Shown here piece by piece: positions 42,800 through 50,716 of a stretch of 64,000 bases of DNA (its first letter is position 1; every line of letters starts with the position of its first letter). This stretch comes from Candidatus Kapaibacterium sp. (GTDB lineage Bacteria; Bacteroidota; Ignavibacteria; Kapaibacteriales; UBA4661). Location of the stretch: assembly GCA_025055035.1 (NCBI GenBank), contig JANWZB010000001.1:4785-68784 (forward strand), written 5' to 3'. The notes under the pieces are model-generated. The model had not been told where the DNA came from and did no database searches. It was given only the letters and a program-made list of their open reading frames with translations. A program made the position numbers and the translations under genes.

Positions 42800-43594
42800 A
42801 TGATTGCTCTCGACTGCACAGGAAAAAGAGCCCTGGTGTGCGGTAGTACACAGGGAATTGGTAAAGCCATTGCTCTACGCTTAGCCGAAGCTGGGAGCTC
42901 CGTTACGCTTGCTGCTCGCAACGAGCATGCACTTCAAGAAGTCGCCGTTAGCCTTCCTATTTTTGACCGGACGCAACAGCATGACTATATCGTTGCAGAC
43001 TTTTCTGATGCCGCTGCTCTTAGAATGGCTGTAGCTCGATACCTTGAGCATCACTCACCATTTCACATTCTTATCAACAATACCGGCGGACCTCCTCCAG
43101 GTGCAATTAGTCAAGCAGATTCTTCTGCATTTCTTGCTGCGCTCTCTCAGCATTTATTGTGCAATCATCATCTTGTTCAGCTTCTTCTTCCTGGTATGAA
43201 AGAAGCGCAGTATGGCCGCATCATCAATATTATTTCCACCTCTGTAAAGCAGCCCATTCCCAATCTAGGTGTTTCAAATACTACACGTGGTGCTGTAGCA
43301 AGCTGGGCAAAAACTCTTTCATTCGAACTTGCAGAATTCGGCATTACAGTGAACAATATTTTACCTGGATATATCACCACAGCACGCCTCGATGCTGTAA
43401 TTCACAGCATGGCACAGGCTCAGTCCTTGTCAGCAGAGGAAGCTGCTCGACGTATGAAAGAAAGCATCCCTGCAGGACGATTCGGTACACCCGAAGAAGT
43501 TGCAAATCTTGCGGTATTTTTGGCATCACCACTTGCTTCGTACATCAACGGAACAAGCATTCCTGTCGACGGAGGCAGAACAACAGCGTTCTAG
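42800..43594 (+). CDS. SDR-family oxidoreductase
   Basis: Rossmann motif VCGSTQGIGKAIA, catalytic motif (S...YxxxK region), NNAG-like INNTGG. Confidence 0.8.
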   Translation: MIALDCTGKRALVCGSTQGIGKAIALRLAEAGSSVTLAARNEHALQEVAVSLPIFDRTQQHDYIVADFSDAAALRMAVARYLEHHSPFHILINNTGGPPPGAISQADSSAFLAALSQHLLCNHHLVQLLLPGMKEAQYGRIINIISTSVKQPIPNLGVSNTTRGAVASWAKTLSFELAEFGITVNNILPGYITTARLDAVIHSMAQAQSLSAEEAARRMKESIPAGRFGTPEEVANLAVFLASPLASYINGTSIPVDGGRTTAF

Positions 43595-43649
43595 CACACC
43601 CATAACATTCTGTACTGCTTTACCGTCTGCGCATCTTGGATCACTAGGT

Positions 43650-45515
43650 CTACCGCACAATGAGTACAGGGATATTCAGCTCGTAGCGTACGGGCGAAAT
43701 CGTCTTCCCCATGAGCATTCCCAGAAGTCCACGATGTCCATGACCACCCATGACTAGTAGTTCTATCTGGTGCTGCTGTGCAAGGCGAACAATTGCCTTC
43801 GGCACGTTGCCAAATCCAAGTTCACAATAGACTTCGATACCTTCTTTAGATAAAGCATCCGCAACACGCCGCAAATATATATCATCTTCTCGTGCCTCTG
43901 CATCAAATGTTGCCCCCCCATACACGACCCCACCAGCACCCTCTACAACATGAAAAAGATATAACTCAGCATGATGCTGCTTTGCAAGCATCACTGCTTC
44001 ACTGAGCACTTTTTTATCTTTGTCGGAGAATGCAATTGTAACACCAATTTTCTTGTATGATCGTGCTTCAAGCTCTAGACGAGCACCTTCTTCGGGAGTT
44101 GTAAAGACTTTAGGACGCTGTCTGCCACGTGCTGTTCTATCCAGAAAAGGTTTGATAGTAATGTATGCAAGAAGCCCTATCAACACGCTACTCCCAAGCA
44201 GGATAGTTGTTTTTACTAGCCACGATGACGACACTGTAAGCACTGCAGACACCTGCTCCACAACAAGCTGAATATTTAGCGTAATAATTATTGAAGCCAC
44301 AATCCACGCTAGCACTGCAACACACGACCTATTGACAAACTCCCCCATGAGCCGACGGTCTGAGGTAAAATGAATAAGTGGAACAATTGCAAAAGGTAGC
44401 TGCAAACTCAAAATAACTTGGCTAAGAATTAACAACTGGTATGTCCCTGATTCTCCAGCAGTGAGTAATACCCATACCGCTGGCACAATAGCAACCATGC
44501 GCGTTATAAGCCTGCGTAAAAACGGACGTATTCTAAAGTGCAAAAACCCTTCCATCACAATTTGCCCAGCTAGTGTTCCTGTGAGCGTTGAAGATTGACC
44601 CGCAGCCAACAATGCAATGGCAAACAACGTCCCCGCAAGCGTTGTTCCCAGCAAAGGAGAAATAAGCTCATGTGCTTGCTGCAGTTCAGTAACAACAATG
44701 TTGTTCTTGTGAAACGTTGCCGCTGCTAGCACAAGAATTGCAGCATTAACAAAAAATGCCGCGTTCAGCGCAACTACCGAGTCGATTAGGTTATACTTGG
44801 CTGCTGTACGCTTTCCCTGTACAGTAGGCTCAAAGGCTCTTGTTTGAACGAGCGCAGAATGCAGATACAGATTGTGTGGCATGACGGTTGCACCAATGAT
44901 GCCTATTGCTACAAATAATGCTCCTTCAGGCATGTTTGGAAGAAATCCTCGCATCACCTCGTGCGGTTGAGGCTTCGATAGTACAAGCTCTATCACAAAG
45001 CATCCCCCAATCATAGCAACAATAGCAACAATAAATGCCTCAAACTTCCGCACACCAAGGTTCTGAATGAGCAAGAGTAACAACGTATCAACCCCCGCAA
45101 TAATGACTCCCCAAAGTACCGGAATACCAAACAGCAAATTGATGCCTATGGCTGTTCCGAGAACCTCTGCTAGGTCGCAGGCAGCTATAGCTACTTCCGC
45201 TAGAACCCACAGCATATAGGCAATAGGGGTTGGGTAATTATCACGGCAAGCTTGTGCCAGATCACGTCCTGTAACAATCCCTAACCGAGCAGACAGCGTC
45301 TGAAGCAACACCGCCATCATATTCGACATCAATAGCACCCAGACAAGTGCATAACCGAAGCGTGCTCCACCTTCAATATCTGTTGCCCAGTTGCCGGGAT
45401 CCATGTACCCAACACTAACAAGATATGCCGGACCAAAAAATGCAAATATACGTTTCCATCCGCGCTGAGGAAGAGCTACCGTATGTGCTGGTTGTGGTAG
45501 TGATGATGCTTTCAT
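43650..45515 (-). CDS. mntH: NRAMP-family divalent metal (Mn2+/Fe2+) transporter fused to a C-terminal universal stress protein (UspA) domain
   Basis: NRAMP signature GPAYLVSVGYMDPGNWATDIEGG and 11-12 TM helices. C-terminal 150 aa with UspA motifs (LVMGGHGHRGL...NIPVLIVR). Confidence 0.85.
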   Translation of the reverse strand: MKASSLPQPAHTVALPQRGWKRIFAFFGPAYLVSVGYMDPGNWATDIEGGARFGYALVWVLLMSNMMAVLLQTLSARLGIVTGRDLAQACRDNYPTPIAYMLWVLAEVAIAACDLAEVLGTAIGINLLFGIPVLWGVIIAGVDTLLLLLIQNLGVRKFEAFIVAIVAMIGGCFVIELVLSKPQPHEVMRGFLPNMPEGALFVAIGIIGATVMPHNLYLHSALVQTRAFEPTVQGKRTAAKYNLIDSVVALNAAFFVNAAILVLAAATFHKNNIVVTELQQAHELISPLLGTTLAGTLFAIALLAAGQSSTLTGTLAGQIVMEGFLHFRIRPFLRRLITRMVAIVPAVWVLLTAGESGTYQLLILSQVILSLQLPFAIVPLIHFTSDRRLMGEFVNRSCVAVLAWIVASIIITLNIQLVVEQVSAVLTVSSSWLVKTTILLGSSVLIGLLAYITIKPFLDRTARGRQRPKVFTTPEEGARLELEARSYKKIGVTIAFSDKDKKVLSEAVMLAKQHHAELYLFHVVEGAGGVVYGGATFDAEAREDDIYLRRVADALSKEGIEVYCELGFGNVPKAIVRLAQQHQIELLVMGGHGHRGLLGMLMGKTISPVRYELNIPVLIVR

Positions 45516-45530
45516 GCGTACAGTATAAAT

Positions 45531-45544
45531 TTAGCTCAAGCTAA
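45531..45544. promoter_or_regulatory. 6-2-6 palindrome TTAGCTcaAGCTAA 16 nt upstream of the mntH start codon (candidate metalloregulator operator)
   Basis: Perfect dyad seen in sequence. Position relative to the start codon suggests an operator. No family assignment possible. Confidence 0.25.
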
Positions 45545-45799
45545 AAAAAATCCCTATGCTTGTCAAGCAAAAAGAATGAAGAACATAGCGTAGAAGATGG
45601 GGTATTATAGTAACAAAGCCGAAAGGTGAATAATTGAGCACCACAACAACAAATTTTTCTACAGAAATCCCCAAAAAGCGCATAAATTTACGAATCATTG
45701 CGTTTTCACTAGTTTTTAGACAGCTTATCCATCTCTCACGGTATTGTAGCTCTGTTACTAACTCAATGCTATAACCGTACTTATCGCTACGCCTAATCA

Positions 45800-46810
45800 A
45801 TGAGCTTTTGCGCATCTTCAAGAGTACACCTCTTTCAGCTTTTTATAACACACTGGTTATCCATATTGTTCGCATTCTCTGTGTACGCCTACAGAGTGCA
45901 TGCACAGCAGTTTATATCTTCAACAGAGTCCGATATTGTCTATGCTCATGTAAATGGCAAAGATATGCTACTAGACATCTACGTACCCGACAATCCTCAA
46001 AAGTCATCATTTCCTGTGATTGTATGGCTGCATGGCGGCACATGGTTTTCTGGGAGCAAGCGGGGCTTTGGGGTTAACTATGCAGCTTCGATGGTGAAGC
46101 ATGGATTTGTCGTTGTATGTGCAAATTATGTTACAAACGAGCGCTTTCCAGCACAGCTTCACAACTGCAAAGCCGTTATCCGATGGGTACGCGCAAATGC
46201 AGGAAAATTTAGAATGGACACAACAAAGATTGGCGTTTGGGGTGAAGGAGCAGGAGGGCACCTAGCAGCAATGCTTGGCTGCACAGGAGATGTAAAAGTT
46301 GCTACTGTTGGAACAACCACAATGGATATTGAAGGGAACGTCGGACCCCACCTCAACTTCTCAAGCCGCGTTCATGCCGTTGTCGCTTTATATGCACCAA
46401 CTGACTTTCTCAAGATGGACGAGCATGCCGTCGAAGACTGTGCATCACCTGTTATTCACAATCAGCCAACATCACCTGAAGCACTTCTACTGGGAGCAGC
46501 AATCACCACCATACCCGACAAAGTGCAGCTTGCTAATCCAATATTCTACGTTACACCTGACGACCCACCATTTCTTCTTCAGCATGGCACAGCAGACTGC
46601 AATGTACCACCAAATCAAAGCGAGCTTCTCGATGAAGCACTCACAAAAGCTGGTGTACCCTCAACTCTCGACCTGTACGATGGCTATAGGCACTGGGACA
46701 CAGGATTTTACTCATTTGGCAATTTACGGCGTATTCGCACATTCTTCGAGCAGGTTTTCGCACCAAAACCAGCTGCTTCGACTTCCCCCAGCGAAGAGCA
46801 GCCACGTTAA
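45800..46810 (+). CDS. alpha/beta-hydrolase fold esterase/lipase (abhydrolase_3 / BD-FAE-like)
   Basis: HGG oxyanion motif VIVWLHGGTW, nucleophile elbow GEGAGGH, distal HGTAD. Confidence 0.7.
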   Translation: MSFCASSRVHLFQLFITHWLSILFAFSVYAYRVHAQQFISSTESDIVYAHVNGKDMLLDIYVPDNPQKSSFPVIVWLHGGTWFSGSKRGFGVNYAASMVKHGFVVVCANYVTNERFPAQLHNCKAVIRWVRANAGKFRMDTTKIGVWGEGAGGHLAAMLGCTGDVKVATVGTTTMDIEGNVGPHLNFSSRVHAVVALYAPTDFLKMDEHAVEDCASPVIHNQPTSPEALLLGAAITTIPDKVQLANPIFYVTPDDPPFLLQHGTADCNVPPNQSELLDEALTKAGVPSTLDLYDGYRHWDTGFYSFGNLRRIRTFFEQVFAPKPAASTSPSEEQPR

Positions 46811-46838
46811 CCCCAAATTTATATTGCCTGTATACAGT

Positions 46839-47288
46839 ATGCTCACTATCCTTGCTCGGCGTGTAGCCCCAGAGTTTGATGATATTCCGCTGCCAGAATA
46901 TGCTACAAACGGTTCTGCCGGAGCAGATATTCGTGCAGCACTTTCTCACGACGTTCTCATTCCTCCATCTTCCATAGCAACAATACCGACAGGGATTGCT
47001 CTTGAAATACCACCGGGCTATGAGATACAAGTCCGCTCACGCAGTGGCTTGGCAGCACGATACGGAATTTTTTGTTTGAATTCTCCCGGAACAATAGACA
47101 GCGACTTCCGTGGGGAAGTACAGGTCATTCTTGCCAATTTTGGCAAAGAGCCATTTATAGTACGACGAGGCGACCGCATTGCTCAGCTTGTTGTTGCGCG
47201 TTATGAGCACGTACAGTGGCAGGAATCTTCGCATTTAAGCTGTACTGAACGAGGACAGAGCGGATTTGGTAGCACAGGAATACAGTAA
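46839..47288 (+). CDS. dut: dUTP diphosphatase
   Basis: 149 aa with dUTPase motifs AGADIRA, RSGLA, IDSDFRGE, GDRIAQLV and a C-terminal GFGSTG. Confidence 0.9.
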   Translation: MLTILARRVAPEFDDIPLPEYATNGSAGADIRAALSHDVLIPPSSIATIPTGIALEIPPGYEIQVRSRSGLAARYGIFCLNSPGTIDSDFRGEVQVILANFGKEPFIVRRGDRIAQLVVARYEHVQWQESSHLSCTERGQSGFGSTGIQ

Positions 47289-47305
47289 CGACAACACAAA
47301 ATCCT

Positions 47306-47803
47306 ATGAAAGCCCGAAGAGGCACAGCAATTGTTGAAACAGAGCAAGGCATTTTACTCAATGCTATTGCAGGAAATGTATTTCTGCTTCCGGGAGGACG
47401 CGCCACACTTGGCGAGAGCTACATGTGTGCTGCTATCCGTGAATTGCATGAGGAAACAGGGCTACAAGCATACTACGCAATGTACTTATTTTCTTTCCAA
47501 TCCAGAAAAAACAACCATCACGTCTTTTTGATGCAAGCAATTGGGCTTGCTCGCCCTATGAGCGAAATTGAGCGCATCGGATACTATCGTGATGGTCGTA
47601 TCACTAATATCTTCGACAGAAAGGGAATACAGTACCGCGACCTCGACCTTACCCATGTTTCGGATAGTACACGCGATATCCTACGCCTTTATGCACAGTA
47701 TAAACATAACCACGCAGAGTTTTTTCACTTCCTTGCTGATTACACCCATGCTGCTGAGCAGCAATATATGACGCAACCATTTCTTTTGGGCGAACACCTT
47801 TGA
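47306..47803 (+). CDS. Nudix hydrolase
   Basis: Nudix box GGRATLGESYMCAAIRELHEETGL (GX5EX7REUXEEXGU). Confidence 0.8.
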   Translation: MKARRGTAIVETEQGILLNAIAGNVFLLPGGRATLGESYMCAAIRELHEETGLQAYYAMYLFSFQSRKNNHHVFLMQAIGLARPMSEIERIGYYRDGRITNIFDRKGIQYRDLDLTHVSDSTRDILRLYAQYKHNHAEFFHFLADYTHAAEQQYMTQPFLLGEHL

Positions 47804-47823
47804 TACAATCCTCGAGGCTAGTA

Positions 47824-48114
47824 TTAGCATATCCGCATTATTGCGAGAACATAGCCCACAAATCCTACAAATGCACACGAAGGGTGCTTCCACGTCCACG
47901 GTCGACTACGGGGCATATACACCAGCGAGGCAGCTACAATGAGCAAAGAGCAACGAAACGATACAAAGATTGTGATAATGCACGACATGAACACAACAAA
48001 GTAGAGCATATGATGGGCTGAACCAAAATGCCAGAGCCTTGCTTGTGCGATAAGACCAACAAGCATGTTCACACAATACAATCCAAACGCTCCGTACAGA
48101 AGAATATCATTCAT
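47824..48114 (-). CDS. small hypothetical membrane protein (2-3 TM), last gene of the PKS cluster
   Basis: Hydrophobic segments LLYGAFGLYCVNMLVGLIA and YFVVFMSCIITIFVSF. The longer ORF-track version (to 48450) overlaps the methyltransferase gene out of frame and is Cys-rich junk. Confidence 0.3.
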   Translation of the reverse strand: MNDILLYGAFGLYCVNMLVGLIAQARLWHFGSAHHMLYFVVFMSCIITIFVSFRCSLLIVAASLVYMPRSRPWTWKHPSCAFVGFVGYVLAIMRIC

Positions 48115-48146
48115 GAGGATTGTTAGCTTTTCGCGCGCTACATACT

Positions 48147-48695
48147 CTATTTTAGTTCCTGCAACGCCCTTTCCTCGATAGGAATTCGTATAGCAAGCAA
48201 GAGCACAGCATTGACAAGACTCGCAACGATAGCTGTTTTCCATGCAAACACTATCATCGGTACAGCAGCAATCTCTATAGCAACTGCTAGGTAGTTTGGA
48301 TGTTTCCAATATCTGTATGGACCGGCACACACACGCTCTTCCCCCGGCACAACAATAACACGGGTATTCCATGCGTATCCTAGAGATACGATCGCCCAGT
48401 AGCGTAGTACTTGTGCAGCAAGAAAGAGCAGACCGCATATATACGAGCATATGGATTCTAGAGTGTAGCTATGCTTCCACAGCTCAGAGTCATGTACACT
48501 ATACCACCCTTCCACACACCACGCCACTATCCACGCACTATGTAGCAGTACGAATGCTCGATAGTGTTCTCTTCCAAACTCCTTGCCGCCACGTGATAGG
48601 GCATGTGCCCGGTTGCGTTCCGCTAGGTACAGCTCGGAAAGGCGCTGTATGACAATGACACTAGCAAGGCACAACAGTATAGTCAGCATTGTCAT
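48147..48695 (-). CDS. ICMT/PEMT-family membrane methyltransferase (BpsB-like)
   Basis: C-terminal motifs GPYRYWKHPNYL and RIPIEERAL typical of the isoprenylcysteine carboxyl methyltransferase family. Start trimmed to MTMLTIL so it begins 10 nt after the PKS stop. Confidence 0.75.
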   Translation of the reverse strand: MTMLTILLCLASVIVIQRLSELYLAERNRAHALSRGGKEFGREHYRAFVLLHSAWIVAWCVEGWYSVHDSELWKHSYTLESICSYICGLLFLAAQVLRYWAIVSLGYAWNTRVIVVPGEERVCAGPYRYWKHPNYLAVAIEIAAVPMIVFAWKTAIVASLVNAVLLLAIRIPIEERALQELK

Positions 48696-48705
48696 GATAT
48701 CAATA

Positions 48706-49767
48706 CTAGGTGCAAAAGAGCAGAAGTTCTGCACTAAAGCCCGGACCGAGAGCTATCATCATACCAAGCTCGTGAGGTGCAGGGGCAGACCGCATCAATT
48801 CCTGTAACGCAAAAAGCACAGAAACGCTCGACATATTGCCATAGTTCTGCAACACGTGGTATGCTGTGCAGAGATCTTGTTTAGTAAGTTTCAAGCTGTC
48901 TTGGTACGCTTGTAGTACTTTTGCCCCTCCAGCATGAAGAACAAAATGGCGGATTTCTTCTGTACAGATACCCCACGCTGCACAAGCTTCTGCAACTATA
49001 CCGGGAAGATGCTCCGTAATGAGTGTAGGAATATCACGCGCAAAGCGCACCTTGAGACCTGTCTCAATAATGTCCCAGCCCATGATATCCTCAGAGTCAT
49101 CAAATATGTAGCTGTACGATGCAAGGATACGCATTCCTAGTTCCTTGTCTTCTTGTGGCTTCTTTAACACAAGAGCAGCTGCACCGTCAGCAAACAAACT
49201 CGACGCAATAATGTTGGATTTCGAAATATCGTTGCGCTGAAACGTTAGGCTGCATAATTCAACAGCAGTACATAAGCCGTATGAGCCATCCGGCATTGCC
49301 GATAGAAGCTCTGCAGCTCTAGCTAATCCAGCTACTCCACCAGCACAGCCTAGACCCCACACCGGTACTCGCTTGACTGTTCGAGGCAAGCATAGTGCTT
49401 GTATCAGCTTAGCATCCAGACTCGGTGTGGCAATGCCTGTTGTTGATACTGCCACAACCATGCTAATATCCTCGCGTTGTATACCAGCATTCTGTATTGC
49501 GCTATTCGAAGCGTTAACAAGGAGCTTTATGGCAGTTTCCACAAAAAGATTGCTAGATTCTACAAAGCTTCGCTGCTGTTCAAACCAAGACAGCGGCTGC
49601 GAAAAGTACCGGCTTGTAATCTGTGTATTCTCAAATACAGGCATAAGCCGCTGCAAGCCTTGATACTCGCCTGAAAAGAGCCTGTATACAAGCTCCCTAA
49701 CATCGTGCTGCGAGACTTTATACGGAGGAAGAGCAGTGGCGATACTCTGTACAAGAATAGGAATCAT
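48706..49767 (-). CDS. type III polyketide synthase (chalcone/stilbene synthase superfamily, BpsA/RppA-like)
   Basis: Catalytic Cys in GLGCAGGVAGL, His in HAGGAKVL, Asn in GNMSSVSV, and a C-terminal GPGFS motif. Confidence 0.88.
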   Translation of the reverse strand: MIPILVQSIATALPPYKVSQHDVRELVYRLFSGEYQGLQRLMPVFENTQITSRYFSQPLSWFEQQRSFVESSNLFVETAIKLLVNASNSAIQNAGIQREDISMVVAVSTTGIATPSLDAKLIQALCLPRTVKRVPVWGLGCAGGVAGLARAAELLSAMPDGSYGLCTAVELCSLTFQRNDISKSNIIASSLFADGAAALVLKKPQEDKELGMRILASYSYIFDDSEDIMGWDIIETGLKVRFARDIPTLITEHLPGIVAEACAAWGICTEEIRHFVLHAGGAKVLQAYQDSLKLTKQDLCTAYHVLQNYGNMSSVSVLFALQELMRSAPAPHELGMMIALGPGFSAELLLFCT

Positions 49768-49799
49768 ATGCGCACGCTCACAACAGCCCTACGATAGCA

Positions 49800-50600
49800 C
49801 TATACATCATTTTCTGGAATTTGGCAAGTGTTACGAAAGGCAAGCTGCGAGACTGTTTTGCGTTGATTGCTCGTCCAATCAATGCGCGGGCGTTCGCGCT
49901 GCTCTGGGAGATAACCAAGACGATATATCGCCATAAGCTCTAAATCATCTGGAACGCAAAGCAACATTTTCAGTTCCTCCCATGCCTCAGGAATTTCCAT
50001 CGGTGTAGAAATAAATTGCATGCCCATACCCAGCTCACAGGTTGTTAGCCAGATATTTTCTATCGCCATTCCCAACGATAAAATACAGTACAACGCAGAG
50101 AGCTCTCCGGGGATGTATTCGTCCTTCTTCAGCAGTGCAGCCAACAGCAGAGGGCTAGCAGCTACAAGCTTTGTATTATCTGCCCCTAGTATCTTCGGTA
50201 CTCCCACACTCCGCATAATGCTCAATGCTGTGTCAGTAAACATATGCTTTATGAATGGACGCAGAGCAGGAGGAAGTTGGTCTATGAAAATGCCATCGCG
50301 CCGTTCTTCCATTTCTTGATGAGTAAATCGGAAGTACTTCTTGTAGCGAGCAAAGAACTTCCCTTCGTCGATAAGCTGTGTCATTGTGCGACCAGCAATA
50401 TCGGAGATACGGAAGCGAACTGCCTCGTCGTCAATCAGCACAAAACGCCACGGCTGAGAGTTAAAGTGACTTGGAGCACGGCTTGCTGCTTCAATAAGCA
50501 AGTGCTGATGCTCACGTGACACAGGGTCGGGCTTGAAGTACCCGTTTGTTGTGCGGCGTGTGCGAATAGCATCGAGAAGCTCCATACCATCCATTGGCAA
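49800..50600 (-). CDS. nitroreductase-superfamily flavoprotein
   Basis: [18 protein letters not shown] signature. 266 aa, larger than classical NfsB. First gene of the PKS cluster. Confidence 0.75.
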   Translation of the reverse strand: MPMDGMELLDAIRTRRTTNGYFKPDPVSREHQHLLIEAASRAPSHFNSQPWRFVLIDDEAVRFRISDIAGRTMTQLIDEGKFFARYKKYFRFTHQEMEERRDGIFIDQLPPALRPFIKHMFTDTALSIMRSVGVPKILGADNTKLVAASPLLLAALLKKDEYIPGELSALYCILSLGMAIENIWLTTCELGMGMQFISTPMEIPEAWEELKMLLCVPDDLELMAIYRLGYLPEQRERPRIDWTSNQRKTVSQLAFRNTCQIPENDV

Positions 50601-50716
50601 GGATTATCGTACAAATACTGGCTTTGTAATGGCTAAATATACGCAAATTTCGTAGAATCGCTGTGCAAGCTTGATACTGCCTTTCAAGGTATCACCGGAA
50701 TTTCCCACGAGCGCCC

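Noticed and set aside
47824-48450. 208-aa Cys-rich ORF from the ORF track
   Set aside because: Its N-terminal two-thirds overlaps the ICMT methyltransferase gene in another frame and is compositionally odd (CYCCAGG, CCCTDD). Only the distal roughly 96 codons beyond the methyltransferase stop are plausibly coding, and they are reported separately at low confidence.
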